DNA from: Hyalangium minutum
Lineage (GTDB): Bacteria; Myxococcota; Myxococcia; Myxococcales; Myxococcaceae
Assembly (NCBI RefSeq): GCF_000737315.1
Contig: NZ_JMCB01000030.1
Coordinates: 1 to 64,000, forward strand
DNA length: 64,000 bases
Reading direction: 5' to 3'
This document shows, piece after piece, positions 1-10,274 of this stretch. Within the stretch, counting starts at the first letter, position 1, and each line of letters opens with the position of its first letter. A program made the translations under genes and the position numbers. The notes under the pieces are model-generated. The model was given only the letters and a program-made list of their open reading frames with translations. It was not told the origin of the DNA and made no database searches.

Positions 1-72
1 GCCCCGTCCTGCCCCGTCCCGCCCCACCCACCACCGCCCCGCCGCCCTGCACCACCCGTCCTGCCCCGTCCC
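1..72. repeat. C-rich low-complexity tract with repeated gccccgtcc/ctgccccgtcc units
   Basis: gccccgtcctgccccgtccc at 1-20 recurs as cccgtcctgccccgtccc at 55-72; G-run-rich on the minus strand. Confidence 0.45.
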
Positions 73-282
73 GCTTACTGCCCACGCCTTTGTCCTTAGC
101 ATCCCCCGTGCCGACCCTCGGGCCCGCACTGCCTCTCTGTGATTTCAAGGAGTTACGCCAAATCGCCCTGCAGGACAGGGTGCCCATTCCGGCCGGGGCC
201 TGGAAAAACTTCAGCCACCCTCCAGGGCCCTGAAAAGAGGAGACGTCGCACCGTCTGCCGAGCGGGCTAGAACACAGCCACC

Positions 283-756
283 ATGTCGTCGCCCCTCCCC
301 CCTTGCGGGCTCTATCGGACCCGGCGCGCCCTCGGCACCAGCATCCCCGAGGGACGCCTCGTGTACTTCCACAACCACGGCGAGCCCGGCCCCGGCCTGT
401 ACTTGCCCAGCGGCTGGAGCGTGAACCGCGCCCGCTGGCACTCGCACGGCACCACCCTGCCGGATCCGCAGTGGGCCGAGCACCTGGAGCCGCTCCTGGC
501 CGAGGGCCTCTACCGCGTCCGCTCGGCCTTCACGTGCTGCGAGAAGAACTGCCGGACGTTCGAGGAGGAGCTGCTGGTCCAGCTCGGCTACAACGGCACG
601 GCCGAGCCCATCCTCTTCGTCCCCGAGTGGACGGCGGCGGGCCTGGACTTCCCCACCTCGGGCACGCTCGTGGACCCGAAGATGTTGGACCAGCTGGTGC
701 CCCTCAAGGTGGACAAGCGGGAGGAGCCCTCCGCGGACCGGGCCTTCCTGCACTGA
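283..756 (+). CDS. hypothetical protein
   Basis: 157-aa ORF, GC3-rich codons, globular-looking sequence (VYFHNHGEPGP); no family recognised. Confidence 0.7.
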   Translation: MSSPLPPCGLYRTRRALGTSIPEGRLVYFHNHGEPGPGLYLPSGWSVNRARWHSHGTTLPDPQWAEHLEPLLAEGLYRVRSAFTCCEKNCRTFEEELLVQLGYNGTAEPILFVPEWTAAGLDFPTSGTLVDPKMLDQLVPLKVDKREEPSADRAFLH

Positions 757-780
757 CGCCGTACGCCCTCGCACTGCCGT

Positions 781-1587
781 GTGCCAAGCTCGCCGCCCCC
801 CGGCCCGCCGCATCAGAAGAGGATCCCTTTGAGACTCCCGCTCCTCGCATCCCTGCTCGTGCTCGCCGCGTGCTCTCCCAGCACCGAGGGCCCCACGCCG
901 AAGCTGATCGGCACCGTCAACCCGCGCCAGCCCTTCACCAACCCCGCGCGCGTGTGCAACGCGCAGAAAGCCCCCGCGCCGGAGCTCAACTGCAAGACGG
1001 CGGAAGCCGCGCGCGGCTGGTGCATCAACCTGCTGGGCGAGCGCTTCACGCCCATCCCCGAGGACGTGCTCACCGGTGAAGCCACGCTGGGCCTGCCGGA
1101 GATCACCCTGAAGGGCCCCGTCACGCTGACGCTGGATCCGTCCCGCGTCTCGTACCGGGACTCCGAGCGGATGTTCCTGGACATCCCCACGCGGGACTCC
1201 AGCCCTGGGGCGGAGCTGCCCGAGGGCAGCTATGCGTTGGAGGTGAAAAACCTCGCTGGAGGCACGCACGAGCTGGCGGATCTGCTCGTCATGGTCCCGC
1301 CTCCGCAGGTGACGCGGGTGACGGCGCCGCAGGGCTTCCAGGCCGATGACATCACCCCGCTCGTCGTCGAGGGCACGGGCTTCCGGACGGACACGTTCCC
1401 CGCCATGCAGCTGCTGCGCGAGGGCGCCGAGCCGCTGGAGATCTTCATCCTCTCGGTGGACTCGCCCACGCGGCTCTCCACGGAGCTCGTCCCCGGCACG
1501 CCCGCGGGCACGTACTCCCTCTCCATCACCAACCCCGAGGGCTGCTCGTTCACGCTGCCCAACGCGCTCACGGTCAGCTACCCATGA
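781..1587 (+). CDS. lipoprotein with C-terminal IPT/TIG-like Ig domain
   Basis: Lipobox LVLAAC; PQVTRVTAP..VEGTGF..GTYSLSITNPEG pattern typical of IPT/TIG domains. Confidence 0.72.
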   Translation: MPSSPPPGPPHQKRIPLRLPLLASLLVLAACSPSTEGPTPKLIGTVNPRQPFTNPARVCNAQKAPAPELNCKTAEAARGWCINLLGERFTPIPEDVLTGEATLGLPEITLKGPVTLTLDPSRVSYRDSERMFLDIPTRDSSPGAELPEGSYALEVKNLAGGTHELADLLVMVPPPQVTRVTAPQGFQADDITPLVVEGTGFRTDTFPAMQLLREGAEPLEIFILSVDSPTRLSTELVPGTPAGTYSLSITNPEGCSFTLPNALTVSYP

Positions 1588-2198
1588 CTGCTCTCTCCGT
1601 CCTCGCGCTCCTCGCCCTCACTCAGGCCCCGGCTCCGGCTCCGGCGGCTCCAGTGGAGGAGGCCTCCGAGGGTGACAGCATCGTGCTGGCCCCGAAGGCC
1701 GGCTTCTTCCAGAGCACCGCCTCGCTCGGGGGCGCTCCGTACTTCGGTCTCGAGGTGGGCTACATCACCCCGCTGCTGCAGCGGCGGCTGGCCATCGTGT
1801 TGGAGGGCAGCTTCCACCAGCCGAAGACGTCCGGGACGCTCGACGATCCCCGGCTCACGCTGGGCGAGCAGGAGTACCGGCTCACCGAGCGCGAGCTGGC
1901 CCTGATGCTCTCGGCGGTGTACCGCTTCGAGGGTGCGTGGGGCTCGGTGACTCCGTACGCGGGCGCAGGCCCGGGGCTCTACCTGCACCGAGCCACCACG
2001 CAGGGCTTTGGCGCCACCATCGAGGAGAAGGAGGGCACCCTGGGCTTCCAGTTCCTCGGAGGCGCCGAGCTGCACCTGGGACCGGGAGGCCTCTTCCTGG
2101 AAGCGCATTACCACTTCACCAGAGTGAGCTTCCTCACCACGGGCTCGGTGAATGCCGGGGGCTTCCTCGGGAGCTTGGGTTACCGCCTGCGGCTGTGA
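1584..2198 (+). CDS. outer-membrane beta-barrel protein
   Basis: Signal peptide, alternating aromatic/Gly strands (PYAGAGPG, LFLEAHYHF), C-terminal LGYRLRL; ATGA overlap with the upstream gene. Confidence 0.75.
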   Translation: MTALSVLALLALTQAPAPAPAAPVEEASEGDSIVLAPKAGFFQSTASLGGAPYFGLEVGYITPLLQRRLAIVLEGSFHQPKTSGTLDDPRLTLGEQEYRLTERELALMLSAVYRFEGAWGSVTPYAGAGPGLYLHRATTQGFGATIEEKEGTLGFQFLGGAELHLGPGGLFLEAHYHFTRVSFLTTGSVNAGGFLGSLGYRLRL

Positions 2199-2213
2199 GC
2201 CCGGAGGCGAGGA

Positions 2214-2960
2214 CTACTTCGCCGGGGTGAGCGTCACCTGCGTCTCGCCCAGCACCTGGCCCTTGTCGTCCGTGAAGCGGGCCTGGACCTCCATCGGCGC
2301 GGAGAGCCAGCCGCCTTGCACCGGCGTGCTGTACGCGAGCGGCACATCCACGCCCGGCGTCACCGGAGCAGGCGCGCCCTCGCTCGGGAAGAACTGGAGC
2401 ACCTCGCCCGAGGAGGACTTCGCCGCCACCGAGAGCCGTGCACCCCGGGGCGCCGTGTAGCTGAACTGCACGGACGCGCCCTCCGGGCACGCCAGCTTGC
2501 CACCCGGCAGAGCCTCGCCCTTCACCTGCCCCTCCGAGGACACGCAGAACGCACGCACGCCGTACGCGCTCTCCGTCGAGCCCTTGCGTGCCTGCCACTC
2601 ACCCTCGGCGGGCCCCGTGCGCTGACCGCGAGGGACGACCACCAGCAGGGCCACCGCCGCCATCGCCGCGGCCGGGAGCACCACCTTCCACCAGTCCCAC
2701 ACCGAGCGGCGCTCGGGAGCGGCCGCCTTCTCCGAGGCCCGGACACGCGCCATGAGCTGCGCCTCGAGCAGCGCCTCGCGGCCCTGGGGCAGCACCCGCT
2801 TCTCCAGCGCGGACTCCACGCGCGAGAGCCGCTCGTAGCCGTCCCGGCACTCGGCGCAGGTCTTCGCGTGCTCACGCAGCAGGGCGTGGGCCTCGGGCTT
2901 CAGCTCACCGAGGAACAGCTGCCGCAGCGCGGCCTTCATCTCCGAATTCGTGCACGTCAT
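2214..2960 (-). CDS. zinc-binding (zf-HC2/ZAS) transmembrane anti-sigma factor
   Basis: HAKTCAEC (HxxxCxxC), one TM helix, C-terminal extracytoplasmic beta domain; ATG at 2960 overlaps the sigma stop codon (ATGA). Confidence 0.75.
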   Translation of the reverse strand: MTCTNSEMKAALRQLFLGELKPEAHALLREHAKTCAECRDGYERLSRVESALEKRVLPQGREALLEAQLMARVRASEKAAAPERRSVWDWWKVVLPAAAMAAVALLVVVPRGQRTGPAEGEWQARKGSTESAYGVRAFCVSSEGQVKGEALPGGKLACPEGASVQFSYTAPRGARLSVAAKSSSGEVLQFFPSEGAPAPVTPGVDVPLAYSTPVQGGWLSAPMEVQARFTDDKGQVLGETQVTLTPAK

Positions 2961-3616
2961 GCCTCGCCCCTCCCCTTCAAGAACCCCCACCCCTTCGCCT
3001 GAATGTTCTGCAGGTAGCCGCGGGACTGCAGGAAGTCGAGCAGCCGCTGCTTGAGTCCCTTCTCGCGCCGCCGCACCTGAATGCGCGTGAGGCCCACGCG
3101 CTCGGCCGCGCTCTCCTGAGCCAGTCCCTCGGTGAAGCGCAGCTCGAACAGCTGGCGCTCCTCGGGAGACAGACCCTCCTTGAAGCTCGCCAGGAGCGCC
3201 TCCATCTCCTGGTCCTCGAGCTGCTGCTCCAGGCTCTCACCGCCGCTGCTCGCGGCGCCCAGCTCCCAATCCACCGTGGAGCCCTCGTCCTGCGGCCCCA
3301 GCCCGGCCACCACCTCACGCGTGCGGGACTGCTCGAGCACCACGTTGCGCGCAATGCCCATGAGGAACTGGGCATAAGGGCGCACCCCGTCGTACGCCAG
3401 GCGTGTCCGGGGTTCGAAGGCGCGCGCGAAGGTCTCCAGCACCGTGTTCTCCACCTCGAGCGCACCTTGAAGGTGGGCGAAGCCGCGCCCACGGAAGGCG
3501 ATCGAACGCAGCGCGCGAGCCAGGGGCTCGGCGTGCGCGCGATACACCTCTCCCAACACCTCCGGTGCGCCGTCCCGGAAGCGCCGCAATCGCTCTGGGT
3601 CCCACTCCCACGCCAT
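2957..3616 (-). CDS. ECF RNA polymerase sigma factor
   Basis: Region 2-like FLMGIARNVVLE; region 4 LSPEERQLFELRFTEGLAQESAAERVGLTRIQVRRRE. Confidence 0.85.
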   Translation of the reverse strand: MAWEWDPERLRRFRDGAPEVLGEVYRAHAEPLARALRSIAFRGRGFAHLQGALEVENTVLETFARAFEPRTRLAYDGVRPYAQFLMGIARNVVLEQSRTREVVAGLGPQDEGSTVDWELGAASSGGESLEQQLEDQEMEALLASFKEGLSPEERQLFELRFTEGLAQESAAERVGLTRIQVRRREKGLKQRLLDFLQSRGYLQNIQAKGWGFLKGRGEA

Positions 3617-3743
3617 TCACGCCACATAGCAGCGGCGTTCAGCCGCCGTCACTCTCCCTTGTCGAGAGCCAGGCCGAGTGGATCGCCTCGCATTAAAATG
3701 GCACGCTGCTGTTCAATTTCGCGCCGTGCGTGCCTGGCCCCCC

Positions 3744-5024
3744 ATGCCTTCGCCCCGCTCTCCCTTCGGTTTCTCTCTCGGCTTCCCGCTGCTCCTGCTG
3801 GGGCTCGCCGCCTCGTGGCCTGCCCTGGCTGCGGAGCCCGAGCGGGTCTCCTACGCGCTCATCATCGCCAACAACGCCAGCCTGGATCCGAAGCAAGCCG
3901 CGCTGCGTTATGCGGACGATGATGGGGCGCGCTACTACGAGCTGTTCGCGCCCCAAGCCCGGGACACGGTGCTGCTGAGCGTGCTGGACGAGGAGACGCA
4001 GGCGCGCCACCCCGGTCTGGCCGCCCGCACCCAGCCGCCCACCCGCGCGCGGCTGAAGGAGTCCCTGGCGCGGCTCAACGCGGAGATGGCGGAGGACCGG
4101 AAGGCCGGGAAGGCGCCGGTGCTCTACTTCATCTTCACGGGCCACGGGCAGCGCGGGCCCGCGGGCGAGGGCATGGTGAGCCTGCTGGATGGGCCCTTCA
4201 ACCGGAGCGATCTCTACGCCCAGGTCATCACCCCGAGCCCCGCCAGCTTTATCCACCTCATCGTGGATGCGTGCGACTCGTACTTCTTCGTGAACGCGCG
4301 CGGGGCGCTGCCCATCGGCCCGGCGCAGACGGCGGCGGTGACGCAGCACCTGGCCTCGCGCGAGCTGGATCGCTACCCGCAGGTGGGCGTGGTGCTGTCC
4401 ACCTCGAGCGCTCGCGAGAGCCACGAGTGGAGCACGATCTCCGCGGGCGTCTTCAGCCACCAGGTGCGCTCGGCGCTGGCGGGGGCGGCGGACGTGAACC
4501 GGGACGGGCGGGTGGAGTACTCGGAGCTGACGGCCTTCATCGCCGCCGCGAGCCAGGGCGTGCAGGACGTGCGCGGCAAGCTGGACATCTTCGCGCGGCC
4601 GCCTCCGCTGGATCGAAGCGCGGCGCTGAGCGACCTGGGCCGCAACAGCGGGCTGGGCTACCTGCTGGTGCCCGAGGGGCTCAGCGGACGTATGTGGGTG
4701 GAGGACACGCGAGGCGTCCGCGTGGCGGACTTCCACAAGGAGCGCGAGCGCCCGCTGGTGCTGGCCCTGCCTCCGGACCGGGGCTATTACCTGCGCACGG
4801 AGGGCCGCGAGGCGCGCCTGAAGATGGACCGGGCGGGGGCGCTGGTGGATGCGGGAGGGCTGGCTTGGAGCAGCTCGACGGTGGCCAGCCGGGGCGCGGT
4901 GGAGGAGGCCTTCCGGGACAAGCTGTTCGGCGTGGCATTCGGTCCCAGCTTCTACAGCGGCTACGTGGCGAGCCAGGGCATGCCCCCGGTCGTCATGGAC
5001 GAAGGTCCTGACCTCTCGCCGTGA
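3744..5024 (+). CDS. exported caspase-family (peptidase C14) protein
   Basis: Signal peptide ending WPALA; His-Cys dyad FTGHG and IVDACDS; ADVNRDGRV motif; start chosen at ATG 3744. Confidence 0.82.
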   Translation: MPSPRSPFGFSLGFPLLLLGLAASWPALAAEPERVSYALIIANNASLDPKQAALRYADDDGARYYELFAPQARDTVLLSVLDEETQARHPGLAARTQPPTRARLKESLARLNAEMAEDRKAGKAPVLYFIFTGHGQRGPAGEGMVSLLDGPFNRSDLYAQVITPSPASFIHLIVDACDSYFFVNARGALPIGPAQTAAVTQHLASRELDRYPQVGVVLSTSSARESHEWSTISAGVFSHQVRSALAGAADVNRDGRVEYSELTAFIAAASQGVQDVRGKLDIFARPPPLDRSAALSDLGRNSGLGYLLVPEGLSGRMWVEDTRGVRVADFHKERERPLVLALPPDRGYYLRTEGREARLKMDRAGALVDAGGLAWSSSTVASRGAVEEAFRDKLFGVAFGPSFYSGYVASQGMPPVVMDEGPDLSP

Positions 5025-5779
5025 TGCTCCTGCCACTCGCGCTCATGCTGAGCCTGGGCGCCGCGCCTGCGGGAGCCGTGTGCGTGGGCGATCGCCTGGT
5101 GCTCGTGCCGTTCGATCCGGTGGCGCTGCCGCGCGCCGAGAGCCGCCAGACGGAGGACGTGGTCCGCCGGGCCGTGGCGAGGACGCCGGGCATCTGCCTG
5201 GAACCTCGAAAGGACACGGTGGAGCGGCTGCGCGCGCTGGCCGGCAAGCATCGTGCGTGCGCGGATGATGCGTGCCGGGTGGAGGAGCTCAAGGCTTACG
5301 GCACGAAGTGGCTCCTGCATGGGCGGGTGCTCGGGCTGGGAGGCCAGCGGACCGTGGCACTGACGCTGGTGAGGGCGGACGGGCATGAATCCCGGAGCAC
5401 CTTCTCCGTGCCCACGCTGGAAGTGGGTGCCGAGGAGGCTGCGGCGAAGGCCTTCGGCTCGTTATGGCAAGGCCGGGGACCTCCCTCTCAGCGGACCGAG
5501 GTGGAGAAGACGCTGAAGCCCCTGCCCCTGGTGCTCTTGGGCACGGGAGCCGCCGCGCTCGCGGCGGGCGTGGGCTTCGGGCTGGCGGCCAATTCGACGG
5601 AGAAGCGATTCTCCACGGGCACGGGCGGCTGCGTGGGCGAGGGCGACGACCTCCGCCGCTGCTTCGCGGACGGGCTGCGCAAGGGCGAGCGGCAGAGCCT
5701 CGCCGCCAACGGCCTGCTGGGCGCGGGAGCCCTGCTGGGGGCAGGGGGCGCGCTGCTCCTCGTCTGGGAGCTGCCATGA
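5021..5779 (+). CDS. exported/membrane hypothetical protein
   Basis: Signal peptide, Cys pairs, two C-terminal Gly/Ala/Leu-rich hydrophobic helices; overlaps the neighbours by 4 bp. Confidence 0.65.
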   Translation: MMLLPLALMLSLGAAPAGAVCVGDRLVLVPFDPVALPRAESRQTEDVVRRAVARTPGICLEPRKDTVERLRALAGKHRACADDACRVEELKAYGTKWLLHGRVLGLGGQRTVALTLVRADGHESRSTFSVPTLEVGAEEAAAKAFGSLWQGRGPPSQRTEVEKTLKPLPLVLLGTGAAALAAGVGFGLAANSTEKRFSTGTGGCVGEGDDLRRCFADGLRKGERQSLAANGLLGAGALLGAGGALLLVWELP

Positions 5780-6900
5780 ACGCGCGGTGGCTCCAGCTGG
5801 GCGCAGCGCTCGGGTGCGCGGTGGGGCTCGTCTTCGCCTGCAGCTTCAACCCGGATCTCTCCCGCTTCGAGCCCTGCGCCGAGGACGGCAGCTGCCCCAC
5901 GGGCTTCACGTGCTTGGCGGAGAAGCATCTCTGCCTGCCCGACTGCAGCGAGGAGTCCCGCTGCCTTCCCCCCGAACCCCCGGATGCGGGCACGGACGCG
6001 GGCCCGGAGGAAGATGGGGGCGTGGATGGAGGCACGGACGGGGGCGTGGATGGGGGGTCGGATGGTGGAACCGATGCAGGCGTCGACGCAGGCCCGCCCT
6101 TCTCACTGCTCACCCAGAAGCTCGCGCTCGCGGTCGAGAACACGCCCTACTCGGTGGAGCTGCAGGCGGAGGGAGGCACGCCTCCTTATATGTTCCGCGC
6201 CACGCAGCCACTGCCACAGGGACTCGCACTCAACGAGGGGACACTCTCCGGCCAGCTCAACACGCCAGGGACCTCCCCCGTGAAGGTAGAGGCCTCGGAC
6301 TCGGCGGACCCGCCAGCGCGCGTGAACGCGGAGTACAGCCTGCGCGTCCGCCCTCAACTGCTCATCGCCGGGCCGATGACCCTCGTGGAGGGCTACACGG
6401 GGAACTTCTACACCGAGAAGGTATCCGCCATCGGGGGCATCCCGCCCTACGCCTTCACGTACGTGAGCGGCAACCTCCCCTCCACCCTCCCATTGGGGCT
6501 GGACGGAACCGTGCAGGGCGCGCCCAACACCACGGGCAACTACAGCTTCCGGGTGCGCGTGACAGACTCGGATCCGGAGGAGCCGCAGACCGCAGAGGAG
6601 CAGTTAGAGGCCACCATCACCAGCGCCCCCCTGCTCGGGACGGTGATCTCGACCAAGTCAGTGCCCGCTGCGCGCAAGGGTACGCCCTACCAATACGCGC
6701 TGAGGCTCATGCCCAGCTCCGCGCTGACCTGGAGCCTCAAAGCAGGCACGCTGCCGCCGGGCATCGGGCTCAACACCCAGACGGGGCTGCTCTCGGGGAC
6801 GCCCAGCGCCACCGCGGGAACCTCCTACACCTTCACCATCCTCGTGTCGGATGGACTGCTGACCAACCTGGAGAAGTCCTTCACGATGAGGGTCTACTGA
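5776..6900 (+). CDS. lipoprotein with Cys-rich module, DGG/DAG linker and three putative-Ig (He_PIG-like) repeats
   Basis: Lipobox LVFAC; CAEDGSCPTGFTC; DAGTDAG..DGGVDGGTDGG linker; repeats GGTPPYMF, GGIPPYAF, LPPGIGLNTQTGLLSGTP. Confidence 0.8.
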   Translation: MNARWLQLGAALGCAVGLVFACSFNPDLSRFEPCAEDGSCPTGFTCLAEKHLCLPDCSEESRCLPPEPPDAGTDAGPEEDGGVDGGTDGGVDGGSDGGTDAGVDAGPPFSLLTQKLALAVENTPYSVELQAEGGTPPYMFRATQPLPQGLALNEGTLSGQLNTPGTSPVKVEASDSADPPARVNAEYSLRVRPQLLIAGPMTLVEGYTGNFYTEKVSAIGGIPPYAFTYVSGNLPSTLPLGLDGTVQGAPNTTGNYSFRVRVTDSDPEEPQTAEEQLEATITSAPLLGTVISTKSVPAARKGTPYQYALRLMPSSALTWSLKAGTLPPGIGLNTQTGLLSGTPSATAGTSYTFTILVSDGLLTNLEKSFTMRVY

Positions 6901-6922
6901 GCCCCGCGGCCCCGCGCGCGGC

Positions 6923-7339
6923 TCAGGCCTGGCCCACGGGAGGACGGAAGACGCGCAGCAGGTGCTGGGTGAGCACCTCCTCCACGGACTCCTTGAGCGC
7001 ATAGAGGAGGTGGTGGAGGCCCTCGGCGGACTCGGGCTGGACGTCGCGCATGTCGCGCACGCGCTCCTTGGAGCCATCGAACACGCGCAGGCTGCCCGGC
7101 ACGAGCGCGATGACCGGCTGGGCGGGGTGGCGCTTGCGCAGCAGGGCGAGGAACAGGGGGTGGTCCTCGTCAGGGCGGCGCAGGTCGACGACGACGACGG
7201 CGGGAGGCTTGGAGGCGATAGATGAGAGCGCGGCGTCGGCATCTTCGGCCGCGCGGATCTGCACCTCCGGCTCGGCGAGGAAACGCAGGAGCAGCTCGCG
7301 CGAGGCGCGGTGCGGGCTGACGATGAGGACGTGACGCAT
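6923..7339 (-). CDS. atypical single-domain response-regulator receiver
   Basis: VLIVSPH (DD replaced), PAVVVVDLRRP (phospho-Asp position kept), PVIAL. Confidence 0.65.
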   Translation of the reverse strand: MRHVLIVSPHRASRELLLRFLAEPEVQIRAAEDADAALSSIASKPPAVVVVDLRRPDEDHPLFLALLRKRHPAQPVIALVPGSLRVFDGSKERVRDMRDVQPESAEGLHHLLYALKESVEEVLTQHLLRVFRPPVGQA

Positions 7340-7386
7340 CTTCCAAGCAGGTAACCGCAGCCTCTGCCTCCGGGCAAGCCCTCGGG

Positions 7387-8832
7387 TCAGCTTTCGGGCA
7401 GTCCTGCCTGCTCGGCGAGGAGAGGGTCCAGCTCGGGGGCACGCAGGCTGCGAGTCCCCACATGGAGCGTGGGGAGGGCTGGGAGGTCCTCGCCCGCCGC
7501 AGCGCCCAACTCCTTGAACCGGCGGGCACCGGGCAGCACCCGCACCTCCAGGGAGCCGACCGTGGTGTTGTAAGCGTCCACGGCCTTGTCCAGGTTGCGG
7601 CCGAGCTCCCCGAAGTGCTTGGCGAGCGTCCGGATCCGATCATAGAGCGTGCGCCCCAGGTCGCGAATCTCCTGGGCATTGCGAGCCACGTTCTCCTGGC
7701 GCCAGCCATAGGCCACCGCGCGCAGCAGGGCAATGAGGGTGGTCGGAGTGGCGAGGATGACCTGCCGATCGACGCCCGCCTCGATGAGGGCCGGGTCTTG
7801 CTCGAGGGCGGCGCTGAAGAACGTCTCGCCGGGCAGGAACATGACGACGAACTCGGGGGCGGAGGGGAACTGCTCCCAGTAGGCCTTGTCGCCCAGGGCC
7901 TTGAGGTGGGCGCGGGTCTGCGCGGCATGCTCGCGCAGCTTGGCCACGCGAGTGCCCTCGTCCTTGGCGTCCATGGCCTCGAGGTACGCCTGGAGCGGGG
8001 CCTTGGAGTCCACCACCACGCTCTTGCTGCCGGGCAGGCGCACCACGAGGTCGGGCCGCAGTCGCCCGCGCTCGCTGGTGACGGTCTCCTGCTGGACGAA
8101 ATCACAGCACTCCACCATGCCGGCCATCTCTACGACGCGCCGGAGCTGAATCTCTCCCCAGCGGCCGCGCACGGTCGGAGCGCGCAGGGCGCCCACGAGG
8201 CTGGCCGTCTCGGCGCGCAGGGACTCCTGGGTGGAGGCGAGCGCCTGGAGCTGCTGCGCGAGGCTGCCATAGGCCTGGGCCCGCGCCTGCTCCAGGTGGC
8301 CCACCTGAGCGTCCACTTTCTCGAGGGACTCGCGCAGGGGCTTCACGAGCTGTTCGATGGAGCGCTCGCGATGGGTGAGGTCCGCGCGGGCGCCCTCCTG
8401 GAAGCGGGAGAGCTGAAGCTGAGCGAGCTCGAGGAAGGCCTGGCTGTTCATGCGCAGCGCATCGGCGGAGAGCGCCTTGAAGGACTGGGCGAGCTCATCC
8501 CGGGCGTGGGTGAGCAACTCCAGCTTCTCCTCCATGGCGCGGCGCTCCTCATGGGTGGCCGCCATGTGCGAGGACAGGCGGACCTCCAGCTCGGCACGGG
8601 CCTCCTGAAGCTGACGGGCACGCAGGCGCTCGGCATCTAGAGCGCGGCGCAGCTCTCCCGCTTCGGCCTCACGGCCTCGAAGACGCTCGGCGAGGGTGGC
8701 GCGCTCGGTCTCCCCTTCAGCCTGAACCAACCGGGTCGCATGTTGGAGGCGTCCCTGGAGGAGCAGCCACGTCAGACCGGCACCGAGGAGACACCCCAGG
8801 GTCAGCAGAGCAAGGGAGAGAACGAGGGCCAT
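7387..8832 (-). CDS. rmuC: DNA recombination protein RmuC
   Basis: N-terminal TM plus coiled coil; [47 protein letters not shown] motifs. Confidence 0.92.
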   Translation of the reverse strand: MALVLSLALLTLGCLLGAGLTWLLLQGRLQHATRLVQAEGETERATLAERLRGREAEAGELRRALDAERLRARQLQEARAELEVRLSSHMAATHEERRAMEEKLELLTHARDELAQSFKALSADALRMNSQAFLELAQLQLSRFQEGARADLTHRERSIEQLVKPLRESLEKVDAQVGHLEQARAQAYGSLAQQLQALASTQESLRAETASLVGALRAPTVRGRWGEIQLRRVVEMAGMVECCDFVQQETVTSERGRLRPDLVVRLPGSKSVVVDSKAPLQAYLEAMDAKDEGTRVAKLREHAAQTRAHLKALGDKAYWEQFPSAPEFVVMFLPGETFFSAALEQDPALIEAGVDRQVILATPTTLIALLRAVAYGWRQENVARNAQEIRDLGRTLYDRIRTLAKHFGELGRNLDKAVDAYNTTVGSLEVRVLPGARRFKELGAAAGEDLPALPTLHVGTRSLRAPELDPLLAEQAGLPES

Positions 8833-8900
8833 AGGGAGCCAGGACCGCGAGAGCGCTGTGGCGCGAGGACGAGGAAAAGGCTACTCACCAGGTTGTACGG

Positions 8901-10274
8901 ATGGCGACAGAGCTCCACTTCGACTGCGGCACACTGGTCGCGCCCACACTCCCGGATGATGCCCGGTTGCGGGCGCTCTTCCAGAAAGACGCCCGTACGG
9001 GGGTGTACCGGACGGAGGCCTGGCGCTACCGCGAGGTGGTGCTGCGGCTCCGAGAGTTGAAAGAGCCGTACGAGGACCGGGCCAAGCGCTTCGAGCCGCT
9101 GTCGCTGGAGCTGAAGGTGCCGATTGAGCCCTTCCCGCACCAGCGTGAGGCGCTGGAGGCGTGGACGCAGGCCAAGGGCCGGGGGCTGGTGGAGCTGCCG
9201 ACGGGGGCGGGCAAGACGCTGCTGGCGGTGCTGGCGATTGCTCACATCCAGCGGCCCACGCTGGTGGTGGTGCCCACGCTGGATCTGATGGCGCAGTGGC
9301 AGATGGTGCTGAGCAAGCATCTCGGGGTGGAGGTGGGGCTGCTCGGAGGCGGGGTGAATGACCGGCGGCCGGTGACGGTGACGACGTATGACTCGGCGAC
9401 GCAGCAGACGGAGTTCCACGGCAACTGCTTCGGGCTGCTCATCTGCGACGAGTGCCACCACCTCCCTGCCCCCAGCTACCGCTTCATCGCGGAGGGCTCG
9501 CTGGCGCCGTACCGGCTGGGGCTGTCGGCGACGCTGGAGCGCACGGACGGGGGCGAGCGCATCGCCGAAGAACTCCTGGGGCCTCGGGTGTACCGGGCGG
9601 AGATCCGCGAGCTGCAGGGCCGCTACCTGGCACCGTACGAGGTGCGGCGCATCGAGGTGCAGCTGCCTCCCGAGGAGAAGGCGCGCTACGACGAGGCGCG
9701 GGCGCGATACGTGGGCTTCCTTCGGAAGAACGGCATCTCGCTGTCGGCCCCGGAGGGCTGGGCGCGATTCCTGGCACAGAGCCAGCGCAGCGAGGAAGGG
9801 CGCGCGGCATACCGGGGCTATCGCGAGCAGAAGCGCATCGCGCTGACGTCGAGCGCCAAGGTGGACGTGCTGTGGCGCATCCTCGTGGAGCACCGGGGGG
9901 ACCGGGTGCTGGTCTTCACGGAGGACAACGAGACGGTGTACGCGCTGGCGCGGCGCCTGCTGCTGCCGGTCATCACGCACCACACGCCAGTGCCTGAGCG
10001 GAAGACGCTGCTGGCGGCGTTCGCGAGCGGAGAGCTGCCGGTGCTGCTCACCTCGAAGGTGCTGAACGAGGGCGTGGACGTGCCGGACGCGCGGGTGGGG
10101 GTCATCCTCAGCGGCAGCGGGAGCGTGCGCGAGCACGTGCAGCGGCTGGGGCGCATCCTCCGGCAGCGGCCGGGGAAGCGCGCGCTGCTGTACGAGGTGT
10201 GCTCGGCGCAGACGGCGGAGAGCGGCATCAGTGAGCGGCGGCGTCAGCACAGCGCCTATCAGGAGGGCCCGTAA
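8901..10274 (+). CDS. XPB/Rad25-like SF2 DNA helicase
   Basis: LPTGAGKT, DECH, LSAT, KVLNEGVD, QRLGRILR. Confidence 0.9.
   Translation: MATELHFDCGTLVAPTLPDDARLRALFQKDARTGVYRTEAWRYREVVLRLRELKEPYEDRAKRFEPLSLELKVPIEPFPHQREALEAWTQAKGRGLVELPTGAGKTLLAVLAIAHIQRPTLVVVPTLDLMAQWQMVLSKHLGVEVGLLGGGVNDRRPVTVTTYDSATQQTEFHGNCFGLLICDECHHLPAPSYRFIAEGSLAPYRLGLSATLERTDGGERIAEELLGPRVYRAEIRELQGRYLAPYEVRRIEVQLPPEEKARYDEARARYVGFLRKNGISLSAPEGWARFLAQSQRSEEGRAAYRGYREQKRIALTSSAKVDVLWRILVEHRGDRVLVFTEDNETVYALARRLLLPVITHHTPVPERKTLLAAFASGELPVLLTSKVLNEGVDVPDARVGVILSGSGSVREHVQRLGRILRQRPGKRALLYEVCSAQTAESGISERRRQHSAYQEGP

Noticed and set aside
3699-3714. sigma54 promoter TGGCACG upstream of the caspase gene
   Set aside because: No GC at the GG-N10-GC position
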